Shown in pieces: positions 8,631 through 16,993 of a stretch of DNA of 17,777 bases. The DNA is from a virus. The stretch lies in UHGV virus genome UHGV-1442331, one strand, 5' to 3'. The stretch's first letter is position 1, and every line of letters begins with the position of its first letter. The notes beneath the pieces are model-generated. The model did no database searches, was not told where the DNA came from, and saw only the letters and a list, made by a program, of their open reading frames with translations. The position numbers were made by a program, and so were the translations under genes.

Positions 8631-8654
8631 GTCCGCTCTTGGCACAGAGCGGAC
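8631..8654. other. Perfect 8-bp stem hairpin (gtccgctc / gagcggac) in the intergenic region between the accessory ORF and G; no U-tract
   Basis: Inverted repeat seen directly; function unknown. Confidence 0.3.
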
Positions 8655-8715
8655 TGTCAGATTAGGGGTTACTCTGTGTTATAGATATGTGAGCTCACAC
8701 CAGAGTTTATACAGC

Positions 8716-9243
8716 TTATTGTGGCATTTCCGGCCATTCAGGATTTGCAGGATCCACACGACTGACCAGAACGCTGTAGCGTTCCCATGCTTCCAGTCGG
8801 CTGCGTTCCTCATCTGTTGCCATATTCAGCCTGACAGCGCGCTCCAGCGGCAAAATTACGGATTCAGCTTCGGAAAGCAAAGCTGCCTTCTGTAATTCCG
8901 CCTGTTGTTGCTGTTCATCTGCCGTATAAATCCGTTTAACCACAGCACCATCCTTAAACATCCATTTACCTGAGTCGTCAGCACGTCGGTTGGAGGTAAT
9001 ATCAGGAACCTCAACAACGCTAAAACCTTCAGGATTAAGCGTTGAAGCATCTCTGGTGATAGCGACAATAATATTATTTTCATCGTAAACAATCTTTATT
9101 GTGTCTGGCTGAAAGTTCTTCACTTCCTCATACCAGTTTTTTCCGTCTTCGGACCATAACCAGATAACATCAAAATTCTTTGTTAGCTGATATTGCTCTT
9201 TTGTTTTTGGATTACCTGACTTAATGTTCTTTAAATGCTGCAT
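8716..9243 (-). CDS. G: Tail fiber assembly chaperone G (175 aa)
   Basis: 175-aa ORF directly downstream of H, matching P2 gpG in sequence and length. Confidence 0.9.
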   Translation of the reverse strand: MQHLKNIKSGNPKTKEQYQLTKNFDVIWLWSEDGKNWYEEVKNFQPDTIKIVYDENNIIVAITRDASTLNPEGFSVVEVPDITSNRRADDSGKWMFKDGAVVKRIYTADEQQQQAELQKAALLSEAESVILPLERAVRLNMATDEERSRLEAWERYSVLVSRVDPANPEWPEMPQ

Positions 9244-9246
9244 AAC

Positions 9247-11256
9247 TTACACCTGCGCAACGTTATACCATGTGCCATTGATGTATTTTTGTATCGGCCT
9301 GAAGATGGCTTCATCATCGCCATCCACTTCACCAATGATTCTTAATCCGGTAATCGTGTGTCCGGCTTTTTCATAACGACCACCTCGCGCCATCAATTGA
9401 ACAACTCGCGTACCCAGGCGAACATCTTTCACATAGCGGGAATCAAAATTCCCCCAGTTGCTGGGTTGCATCTGACCGTTAACAGCAAATATTACCGAGT
9501 TATCTGTATTTCGCTGGCTATAGAAATGCCATCCGGCCTCATCGCCTAACTCTGCAACCACTGGACGGGTGGAAGCACCCCATAAATTAAAGGTAATATT
9601 CTTCGTGGATGTGTTAGAGCTGGATAGCGAGAACTTTTTACTATCCCCTGCCTGAATATTTTTAAAAGCAATAGCCACTCCATTCTGAAAACGGAATACT
9701 CGCTGACTGTTAGCATAAACATCAAGAATACCGTCTCCATTCTGTTTAAATCCGGTATCATTATCACCAAGAACAATTGAGCTACCACCTAGTGCATTCG
9801 TCGTACCAACTCCAAAACAGCCATTAATGACGGCATTAACAAGAATATTTAGTGCATCCCATTTCAACGTCATCAGGTCTTTTGTTGTGGTACTCTGGCG
9901 GCTTCTCCATTTGAAATATTCATTGCCGTTATCCCCCGTTTCAAACCACATGTATGAATCAGTGTCACCATCGGCATCATTTTTAAATCCAATCTTCGCC
10001 CAGTCAGTATTTCGAATCCAGGCAAGGATTGAGTCGTTTTCAAAAGTAAGTCCACCGGACAAGGTATCGCCATTTTTTTGCACGGCGTTCCCGGCTCGGT
10101 TTACCGTTTCCTGTAAACCGAGATATTCGATAACGGCGGCAACGGTCGATTTAGCCAGAATATCCCGCCCGACTTTTGTCAGGGTCGCCAGGCTGGCAAC
10201 ATCATTCCCCGTAAAATACGGAAACCTGTCTGCCGCAGTAGCAAGCCCCGCCAGCGCCGTCAAAGTGGCATCTTTCGGTTGCTTACCCGCAAGCGCATTA
10301 GTCATGGTGGTAGCAAAATTCGGGTCATTGCCCAGCGCCGCCGCCAGCTCGTTCAGCGTATTCAGTGCGTCAGGCGACGAGTCTACAAGGGCGGCAATCG
10401 CGGCCATAACGAAAGCCGTGTTTGCGATCTGAGTATTATTCGTTCCCTGTCGCGCAGTTGGCGTCGTTGGCGTTCCGGTCAGTGCAGGGCTGTTTAATGG
10501 CGCTTTTTTGTTCGTTTCATCCATTACCGTCTTAACGGCTTTTGGTGTTGCGGCGAGCGTTTCAGACGTGCTGTTGGTGGCACTACTGAGCTGGACAAGG
10601 CCTTTTCGCGCTGTGGTGGCGTCCTGTGCGGTATATTTCCCGTTAGCCAGGTCATATGCGGCCTTAACCGCTTTCGGCGTTGCAGCCAGTGTTTCAGACG
10701 TGCTGTTGGTCGCACTGCTTAACTGAGTAAAACCTTTTGCGGTCAGCGAGGCGTCCGGGTGACGTCGTGACTGTTCATGTTCTGCAATTTTGTCATCAAC
10801 GTAATCCTGCGTCGCCATCACCGTTGTGGTGTCAATGGTCAGCTCCACTGAGGCCACACTGCTGACGATGATGACCATGCGACAGGTCTGCGAACGCCCT
10901 GAGCCTTCGGCAAGAGCTGGCTTATAACTTTCGGCCATGTTCGCCACGGCAATTAATGTTCCCGCATCATCGTACAGGCCAAGCTCACGCATCCAGAAAC
11001 CGCCCACCTCCGGCGGAATAACCAGCTCTGCGATAATATAATTACTGTTTCGTTTGTCCTGGCTGATTTTGTTCAGCGCATGTCGCCAGACTTCATGGAT
11101 AAGCCCGGTCTGTCCGGCATCCGGGACAGGCAATTTACCACCGCCATCCCCGACGGCCATCGTGGTAATGTTGACCTTCCGCCCTCCCGGCGCGGTTGCC
11201 GCTGCCAGCTTTGCTGCACCGGCAGTGGTGATAACGGTTCTGAATTTTGTGCTCAT
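9247..11256 (-). CDS. H: Tail fiber protein H (669 aa)
   Basis: 669-aa ORF MSTKFRTVITTAGAAKLAAATAPG... matching P2 gpH, including the duplicated QLSSATNSTSETLAATPKAVK motif. Confidence 0.9.
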   Translation of the reverse strand: MSTKFRTVITTAGAAKLAAATAPGGRKVNITTMAVGDGGGKLPVPDAGQTGLIHEVWRHALNKISQDKRNSNYIIAELVIPPEVGGFWMRELGLYDDAGTLIAVANMAESYKPALAEGSGRSQTCRMVIIVSSVASVELTIDTTTVMATQDYVDDKIAEHEQSRRHPDASLTAKGFTQLSSATNSTSETLAATPKAVKAAYDLANGKYTAQDATTARKGLVQLSSATNSTSETLAATPKAVKTVMDETNKKAPLNSPALTGTPTTPTARQGTNNTQIANTAFVMAAIAALVDSSPDALNTLNELAAALGNDPNFATTMTNALAGKQPKDATLTALAGLATAADRFPYFTGNDVASLATLTKVGRDILAKSTVAAVIEYLGLQETVNRAGNAVQKNGDTLSGGLTFENDSILAWIRNTDWAKIGFKNDADGDTDSYMWFETGDNGNEYFKWRSRQSTTTKDLMTLKWDALNILVNAVINGCFGVGTTNALGGSSIVLGDNDTGFKQNGDGILDVYANSQRVFRFQNGVAIAFKNIQAGDSKKFSLSSSNTSTKNITFNLWGASTRPVVAELGDEAGWHFYSQRNTDNSVIFAVNGQMQPSNWGNFDSRYVKDVRLGTRVVQLMARGGRYEKAGHTITGLRIIGEVDGDDEAIFRPIQKYINGTWYNVAQV
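10531..10725. repeat. Imperfect ~63-bp direct repeat (two copies, ~133 bp apart) inside H, encoding the duplicated peptide QLSSATNSTSETLAATPKAVK
   Basis: Copies at about 10531-10593 and 10664-10725 aligned by hand, roughly 83% identical; mirrored by the plus-strand ORF 10508..10726 showing LTAFGVAASVSDVLLVALL twice. Confidence 0.75.
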
Positions 11257-11266
11257 TATTCCTCAC

Positions 11267-11797
11267 TTATCCGGGGTAAACCGTAATTACATCGCCGTCG
11301 TAAGCCACACAACCGGCGAACAGGTAGCCGGGAATGTCCCGGGTAATGTTCAGGCCAATAAGGTGGCGGCTTGCAGGTTTGGCATCGGCAATCAGCCGTT
11401 CCATTTCCTGATACATTGCCTCTGTGATACCGCTTTCCAGTACACCAATATCAAGCCGGAAGGTGCCGGGCGGGTCACTGTTTTCCCACCACTCCGTCAC
11501 GTTGATGAGATAGCCGAGCGGCTCCACCACACGCCGGATTGCGCCGATAGTGCCTTTATGACAGTGGATGAAATAGGCATCGCGAATAACGGCGCGTTTG
11601 GTCGCTTCCGGCCACTTTTCATCCCACCTGTCGACCGAAAACGCCCACGCCAGCCACGGCAGCAGATTTGCCGGACAGGTGTCCGGGCTCCACAGTTCAC
11701 GAATACTGACCGGCGTTTTTTCAATTTCCGCACAGGCTTTTGCGGCAGCAATTTCAAGCGGTGATGAGCCGGTCGGCAGCAGGCGCGAATCACTCAT
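11267..11797 (-). CDS. I: Baseplate assembly protein I (176 aa)
   Basis: 176-aa ORF in the P2 position between J and H, matching gpI length. Confidence 0.85.
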   Translation of the reverse strand: MSDSRLLPTGSSPLEIAAAKACAEIEKTPVSIRELWSPDTCPANLLPWLAWAFSVDRWDEKWPEATKRAVIRDAYFIHCHKGTIGAIRRVVEPLGYLINVTEWWENSDPPGTFRLDIGVLESGITEAMYQEMERLIADAKPASRHLIGLNITRDIPGYLFAGCVAYDGDVITVYPG

Positions 11798-12698
11798 CCG
11801 AGCCTCCGGTCACGACGCGGTATTCGGTACAGAAAGACGCCTGCGTACTGTTGAGCACAATGTCGGCCAGTGGTGCGGCCAGCTCGACACGCTGCACGCC
11901 TTCCACATGCAAAGCGGCATAAATGGCAGACAGACGGATGTCGCGCCCCAGCCGGTGCTGCGCCGTGATGTACGCTTCCAGTTTTTTCACGGCAGCAGCG
12001 CGGATGGGTTCGCTTTCGGGACCAGGGTAAAGGTAAAGCGTGGCGTTTATCTGGTATTCAACAATGGCGGCAGACTGCACGGTCACGCGGTCGGCCACCG
12101 GCCTGACGTCCTCGCCATTAAGGGCGTTACGCACCACGGCCAGCAGGTCTTCGGATGCCACACCGTTATTTTCACGTGACAGCACAGAGATGGTGACGCA
12201 GGCCGGAGACAGACTGGTGACAGAAATATCCGCGACACGCCCGTCGGCACTGCGACCATGATACTGATAGGCCCCCACCGACCCGGCGACGCTTAAACCT
12301 TCAAACGCCTGCTGAATACGCAGACGATAATCAGTATCAGATTCCATCACGGCCGGTGTCGGCGGGAGGGTCGAATCATCTGCCGGGGTGATAATCAGGC
12401 GTGTGGTGTTGTAATTGGCACCAATCACATCAAGGTCATTACCGGCGGCACAGGCCAGCATCACCGCCCGTGCAGCCTCATTCACACGCTGACGCCAGAT
12501 AAGCTCACGATAAGCATTTTCCTCCAGCAGTTTGACGAGAGGCTCGGATTCCAGCGTCAGGGTACGGGCGACCGCCTCCTGCTGGTCTTCCGGGTAAAGG
12601 GAAATCAGTGTCGCCTTGCGTTCAGCGAGAATGGTTTCAAAGTCCAGCTCCTCGACCACATCCGGTGCGGGTAGCTGGTTCAGGTCGATAATCGGCAT
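11790..12698 (-). CDS. J: Baseplate wedge protein J (302 aa)
   Basis: 302-aa ORF matching P2 gpJ length and position; overlaps the I start. Confidence 0.85.
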   Translation of the reverse strand: MPIIDLNQLPAPDVVEELDFETILAERKATLISLYPEDQQEAVARTLTLESEPLVKLLEENAYRELIWRQRVNEAARAVMLACAAGNDLDVIGANYNTTRLIITPADDSTLPPTPAVMESDTDYRLRIQQAFEGLSVAGSVGAYQYHGRSADGRVADISVTSLSPACVTISVLSRENNGVASEDLLAVVRNALNGEDVRPVADRVTVQSAAIVEYQINATLYLYPGPESEPIRAAAVKKLEAYITAQHRLGRDIRLSAIYAALHVEGVQRVELAAPLADIVLNSTQASFCTEYRVVTGGSDE

Positions 12699-12702
12699 GG
12701 TT

Positions 12703-13050
12703 TCAACTCACAGGGATGGTTAACGAAAGTGGCTGGCCGGTGTCGTTGTGCTGGCCGGTTAACGTGACCGTCATTCGCCCGTCAAAACTGCGCTCAGTGG
12801 TGACGGATGACAGGGTGACGCGGGGTTCCCATTTCAGCACCGCCATGTAACAGGCGACCTTAATCTGCAACTCAAGCGCCGGGGTCTGCGGCTGGTCAAT
12901 CATTGATGCCAGCAACGAGCCGTAATCACGACGCATCACCCGTGAGCCGACCGGTGTGCGCAGGATATCGCCGATACTCTGGCTGATATGCTCAAGGTCA
13001 GTGACAGTCAGGCCATCACTGCGATTCATTCCGAGATAACGCGCTGTCAT
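12703..13050 (-). CDS. W: Baseplate wedge protein W (115 aa, gp25-like)
   Basis: 115-aa ORF matching P2 gpW length and position. Confidence 0.85.
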   Translation of the reverse strand: MTARYLGMNRSDGLTVTDLEHISQSIGDILRTPVGSRVMRRDYGSLLASMIDQPQTPALELQIKVACYMAVLKWEPRVTLSSVTTERSFDGRMTVTLTGQHNDTGQPLSLTIPVS

Positions 13051-13682
13051 AAAGGACTCCCGGTTGTGCCGCCGCTGTCGCCGGGGTGTTTATGGGTATG
13101 CAGTACCTTACCGTTTGATGAGAGTTCACCGCCGGTGTGTTCAATGTTGCCGCGCATCGTCCCGCCCTTCTGCACTTCCAGCGTGCCGGTAATCAGCCTG
13201 TTGGTGCAGACCACCTCCGGGGTGTCCAGGGTGACGCGGGTTGATGCTTTCACCATGACCACCGGCACCGTGGCAGTAACAGAATCAGAAGCCGTCACGC
13301 TGGCCGTTTTAATTCCGCTTACCGTGAGTGCACTGGTTTCGGGTTCATATTCAATCACCGCCCCGTCAGGGAAACGGATATGCAGGGCATCCGCCGACAC
13401 AGACGGCGAGGGGTTATCGCCGGAATAAATCCCCGGCAGAACGAACGCCGTGTCGAGTTCACCGCCCACGGCCAGAATCAGCACCTGCTCCCCCACGGAA
13501 GGTGCCCACCATGTGCGCGAACGACCGGCACGATGGGTCAGCCACTGAAGCCAGTCAGTGCACATGCCGCCGGTCTGCACACGGCAGCGACCGGCGTTAA
13601 GGTCGGTTTCGACGATAATGCCGGTGCGAATCATGTTGCGCAGTGCGCGCGCGAGTTCCTGAATATTTGCGAGAGTGTTCAT
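13047..13682 (-). CDS. V: Baseplate spike/assembly protein V (211 aa from the internal Met)
   Basis: MNTLANIQELARALRNMIRTGIIVETDLNAGRCRV... matches P2 gpV. The track ORF starts 6 codons earlier (13700); the 211-aa start is chosen to match P2. Confidence 0.85.
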   Translation of the reverse strand: MNTLANIQELARALRNMIRTGIIVETDLNAGRCRVQTGGMCTDWLQWLTHRAGRSRTWWAPSVGEQVLILAVGGELDTAFVLPGIYSGDNPSPSVSADALHIRFPDGAVIEYEPETSALTVSGIKTASVTASDSVTATVPVVMVKASTRVTLDTPEVVCTNRLITGTLEVQKGGTMRGNIEHTGGELSSNGKVLHTHKHPGDSGGTTGSPL

Positions 13683-13765
13683 GCATGTGAGATTGCACAA
13701 TATATAAAAGTTATGCTATCTGGATTCATTTGTAGAACTACCAGACAACATTCAAGGAGAGCGTA

Positions 13766-14551
13766 ATGGTCAGCTATAATGTGACTAATGTGTGGGGGCT
13801 AATCGTTTTTTTCCTTTGTAGCTTTGCAGTATTAGCATTTTTTAGCTTTGGTAAAAGTAACCTTATGAGGCTTATTGCACATTATTTCAATTTTGGATAT
13901 TCAGACAAAAAATTAAAAAGACTTGACCGCGAGTGGCGCGACATTCAACTATTTAAAATAATTAACGGAATCAATGTATCAGGCATTGAAAATGTGAGAA
14001 TGATACAGCAGGGACTGATTGATGGAAAACTAAAAACATCGTATTTTTTCCTTACTCGCATCTGGGGTGACATAACAAAACCACCACACATAATTAAAAC
14101 AATAATTGTAATTCTGGCCAGTATTTTTTACATTCTCCTCGCATGTTATATACACAACAAACAATCCGCTATAGTAAGAGATGCCATAGGCATACCATAT
14201 AAAAATATGATGTACTATGTTTATAGTGACAAAGTTCTTTTATCCTTCAACAATAAAACAGTTGAATTCAATAAAACTTATAGCCTTGCCGATTGCAAGA
14301 GACTGCAAAACGTATTTATAAAAGACACACTTCCTGAGATCGCCTGCAATAAGCTCTTACAGCTAAACGAGGAGGACTCCGAATGGTTAAGCCAGGAGAT
14401 TAAAGATAATAACAGTCACAAAAAAGCATTATTAATACTATCCCTCGTCTATTTCACTTCAGGTCTGGTTATATTCCTGTCATATACAAAATTCTTTTAC
14501 GCCAATAAGAAGGTTTTAGAATACAAAGCATCAAATAAAAATCACTCATAA
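13766..14551 (+). CDS. Hypothetical 261-aa integral membrane protein (three predicted TM helices) in the S-V accessory slot (P2 orf30 position); candidate lysogenic-conversion, exclusion or defence gene
   Basis: ATG preceded by a strong aaggaga SD with 5-nt spacing. Opposite strand to the late genes. Hand-counted GC about 23-38% in three 60-nt blocks versus about 65% in a block of V. Hydrophobic stretches VWGLIVFFLCSFAVLAFFSF, IIKTIIVILASIFYILLACYI and ALLILSLVYFTSGLVIFLSY. Confidence 0.75.
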   Translation: MVSYNVTNVWGLIVFFLCSFAVLAFFSFGKSNLMRLIAHYFNFGYSDKKLKRLDREWRDIQLFKIINGINVSGIENVRMIQQGLIDGKLKTSYFFLTRIWGDITKPPHIIKTIIVILASIFYILLACYIHNKQSAIVRDAIGIPYKNMMYYVYSDKVLLSFNNKTVEFNKTYSLADCKRLQNVFIKDTLPEIACNKLLQLNEEDSEWLSQEIKDNNSHKKALLILSLVYFTSGLVIFLSYTKFFYANKKVLEYKASNKNHS

Positions 14552-14557
14552 ACCTCT

Positions 14558-14592
14558 AAACATTGAGCGACCAGCATGGCCGCTCAATGTTT
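14558..14592. terminator. Probable bidirectional terminator between the membrane-protein ORF (+) and S (-)
   Basis: Perfect 12-bp inverted repeat aaacattgagcg / cgctcaatgttt with an 11-nt loop, 7 nt after the plus-strand stop and about 30 nt after the S stop; flanks are A/T-rich. Confidence 0.5.
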
Positions 14593-14622
14593 AATTGCGC
14601 ATCAGCCTCTGCCTGGATAAAA

Positions 14623-15075
14623 CTAACGCTCAAGGTGAGCCAGGATAATCTCTTCAATCATCTGCACATCCTCACCGGTAAAGCCGAGCAGAGGACGCGC
14701 CGGATAATCAATTTTCTTACCGTCTTTCCGGGTTTCTTCCGACAGACCGAACTGATGCACACTGGCGATTTTCGGCGACTTCCCGCCGTAAAATTCCATT
14801 GATGCCTGTTCCGGGCTGGCACGGATATGCAAAAAACGACTGGTGATAAGTTTCGCAAACATTTTTCGCTTAACACGACCGGTCTTTTTTCTGGCGCTCT
14901 GCTGCTGGCGTGGCGCGTAGGGTGTGCCGTCCGGGGCTTTCTGTGCCATCACCCGACGCTGCTGACTCTGCCGCAGACGCTTCGCCAGCTCTGCACTCAG
15001 CCGCCGACGCCCTGACGGTGACAGCGACTCAATCAGTCCGGTCAGCCGGTCTTCAAAACGCTTAAACTCATTCAT
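14623..15075 (-). CDS. S: Tail completion protein S (150 aa)
   Basis: 150-aa ORF matching P2 gpS length and position downstream of R. Confidence 0.85.
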   Translation of the reverse strand: MNEFKRFEDRLTGLIESLSPSGRRRLSAELAKRLRQSQQRRVMAQKAPDGTPYAPRQQQSARKKTGRVKRKMFAKLITSRFLHIRASPEQASMEFYGGKSPKIASVHQFGLSEETRKDGKKIDYPARPLLGFTGEDVQMIEEIILAHLER

Positions 15076-15535
15076 CCCACTTGCTCACCAGTTCGCCATT
15101 GATATAAAGCTCCATCGGGCGGTTGACCGGCTCCGGCGGCGGGGGTTCCGGGATATTCTTCACATGCAGCGCGCCGTCCACCTCACTGACCAGCGTGCGC
15201 TCGGTCAGCATCAGGCTGATGCTGATATCAAAGCTGCTGTCATTGTTGATGTCTGCATAAAACGTGAAGCCCTTTTTCTGGCCTGCGTCGGTGGTCATGA
15301 TGTCGGGCTGATTTTCCCGCAGCCACGCCAGCACCGGCACAATGAGCAGGTCAAAATCACCGGTAAAGTCGGTCACAATGACATTGAGCGTGTAACGCTT
15401 TTCGAATGACAACGACGCCGCCAGCGTGGAGGCAATACTCCCGTTATCCACGAATATCCGCAGCATATCGGGGTTAGTTTTCAGCACCGTGACGGCATCA
15501 GTCAGCGCCCTGCGCAGGCTGTCGGGTTTGAGCAT
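15068..15535 (-). CDS. R: Tail completion protein R (155 aa)
   Basis: 155-aa ORF matching P2 gpR length and position; overlaps the S start. Confidence 0.85.
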   Translation of the reverse strand: MLKPDSLRRALTDAVTVLKTNPDMLRIFVDNGSIASTLAASLSFEKRYTLNVIVTDFTGDFDLLIVPVLAWLRENQPDIMTTDAGQKKGFTFYADINNDSSFDISISLMLTERTLVSEVDGALHVKNIPEPPPPEPVNRPMELYINGELVSKWDE

Positions 15536-15788
15536 CGTTTTCGTCCTGACAGTGTTTAATCATTTTTACCTGGCTGGCACAGCGTGCCAGCGCGTTCTCA
15601 AGCTGCCGGATATCGGCACTTAAATCGCCGTTCGTCTGCGGGTCACTGCCCGGCATCGGGCAAAGGCTCACTTTCGGGCAGGCGTTGTGGACAATCACTG
15701 GCGTCAGTGCAGGCGGGGCGCTGGTGCAACCGGCGCACAGCATCAGGCAGGTCAGCACCATACCAGCGGCGAAAATCTTCGTTTTCAT
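15498..15788 (-). CDS. lysC: LysC, outer-membrane lipoprotein o-spanin (Rz1-like, 96 aa), embedded out of frame in the 3' part of lysB and running into R
   Basis: Internal start MKTKIFAAGMVLTCLMLCAGC with lipobox L-C-A-G-C, preceded by a gagg SD; 96 aa as in P2 LysC. Confidence 0.8.
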   Translation of the reverse strand: MKTKIFAAGMVLTCLMLCAGCTSAPPALTPVIVHNACPKVSLCPMPGSDPQTNGDLSADIRQLENALARCASQVKMIKHCQDENDAQTRQPAQGAD

Positions 15789-16068
15789 TGAGTAACCTCG
15801 TGATGGTTTTCTCGCGCTGTGCTTCACGCTTCGCGGCGTTCTCCAGCTCCTGACGCAGAGCCACCTGCGCCAGCTCGTTTTTGTCTGCCCTGGTGAGGGC
15901 AACATGAAGCTGATTTTTCAGCATGGTGATGGTCGTCTGCTGTTCACTGGCGACGTTGTTCACCCTGTCCAGCGAGGCGCACAGGCTGGCGTTTTCATGC
16001 TTCGCCAGAAACAGCCCCACCACCGCCAGCGATAACAACACAACCATCACAATCATCAGCTTTGACAT
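15643..16068 (-). CDS. lysB: LysB, inner-membrane i-spanin (Rz-like, 141 aa)
   Basis: 141-aa ORF with an N-terminal TM segment (LMIVMVVLLSLAVVGLFLA) and coiled-coil periplasmic region; P2 LysB length. Confidence 0.85.
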   Translation of the reverse strand: MSKLMIVMVVLLSLAVVGLFLAKHENASLCASLDRVNNVASEQQTTITMLKNQLHVALTRADKNELAQVALRQELENAAKREAQREKTITRLLNENEDFRRWYGADLPDAVRRLHQRPACTDASDCPQRLPESEPLPDAGQ

Positions 16069-16481
16069 GGTTCCCGCCCCTCAAGACGCTGACGGCAGGC
16101 CTTACGTATCAGCCGGAAGAACACCGACGCCACGAGATAAATCAGCGCGGTAAAAATCCACCCGGCAGCGACCAGCGAGATAAATGTCGCCACCATCACC
16201 ACCAGAGCCGCCGCCCGTCTGCACCACGGCACCGGCTGCAAAAACAGCGACATGACAATCTTCACGGCCAGCGACTCCGCTGGCAGCTCCCGCCCGTAGC
16301 GTTCCAGCACATACTCAGTGGCATAAACGCCGACACCACCGGCAACCATACAGATAACCGTCGCCAGAATCGCCCAGGTGGCGACAAAACTGACGGCCAC
16401 GCTCTGCGGGTAAATCAGGGACAGTGCCAGCATCAGCGCCAGCGATACGTTCAGCATCAGTGAAAGGGATAATTTCTTCAT
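16056..16481 (-). CDS. lysA: LysA, lysis-timing membrane protein (141 aa)
   Basis: 141-aa multi-TM ORF in the P2 position between K and lysB. Confidence 0.85.
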   Translation of the reverse strand: MKKLSLSLMLNVSLALMLALSLIYPQSVAVSFVATWAILATVICMVAGGVGVYATEYVLERYGRELPAESLAVKIVMSLFLQPVPWCRRAAALVVMVATFISLVAAGWIFTALIYLVASVFFRLIRKACRQRLEGREPCQS

Positions 16482-16495
16482 GGTGTTTACTCCGT

Positions 16496-16993
16496 TTAAG
16501 CCGGTACGCCGCCGGCGGTACGCCAGACGGTGACCAGTTTTTCCAGTGAATGCTCACGCTGACCGTAACCGGCACCCGGCAGGGACGCCCAGATATTGCG
16601 ACAGCGTGAAATGGCGCGCTCAATGCGTCCCGCCCGGATGTCATCCAGTGCACCGCGTTCGCGGATCAACTGCATGGCGAGTCTGTCCTGTGACAACGGA
16701 CTGAAATCAGGCAGGGCAAGCTGTTTGCGGTAGTGCGGCCAGAACAGGTAAAGCTGCTGATAGCGACCGGAGGCCGTGGATTTTTCACCGCGACGGTTAA
16801 ACACCTTCGCCGGTCGGCCATGCGCGAACGGGTGGTCACTGTAGTCGGTGAAGATTTCCGGCTTTCCGTCCAGTCCGGTGACTATCACGTCATAGCCCCG
16901 GTTTTTCGTCAGCGGATGATTCGCCGTCCCTTCGGACACGGCCAGCATGTCGAGAAAGGCGGCGATATTCTGATGCGTGTTAATTACCGGCAT
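16496..16993 (-). CDS. K: Endolysin K (165 aa)
   Basis: 165-aa ORF MPVINTHQNIAAFLDMLAVSEGTANHP..., the P2 gpK endolysin by sequence and length. Confidence 0.9.
   Translation of the reverse strand: MPVINTHQNIAAFLDMLAVSEGTANHPLTKNRGYDVIVTGLDGKPEIFTDYSDHPFAHGRPAKVFNRRGEKSTASGRYQQLYLFWPHYRKQLALPDFSPLSQDRLAMQLIRERGALDDIRAGRIERAISRCRNIWASLPGAGYGQREHSLEKLVTVWRTAGGVPA

Noticed and set aside
8551-8895. 114-aa plus-strand ORF starting in the intergenic region and running 180 nt into G
   Set aside because: No convincing SD, and it overlaps a confidently assigned gene on the opposite strand. Its start does lie in intergenic DNA, so a short peptide cannot be fully excluded.
9827-11764. Large plus-strand ORFs (201, 72, 72, 236, 68 aa) inside H and I
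   Set aside because: Antisense frame artefacts of long GC-rich genes; the 72-aa one merely reflects the internal direct repeat of H.
13047-13700. 217-aa version of V starting at 13700
   Set aside because: P2 gpV begins MNTLANIQ (211 aa); the upstream Met adds 6 residues (MCNLTC). It cannot be excluded absolutely, but the 211-aa start is the canonical one.
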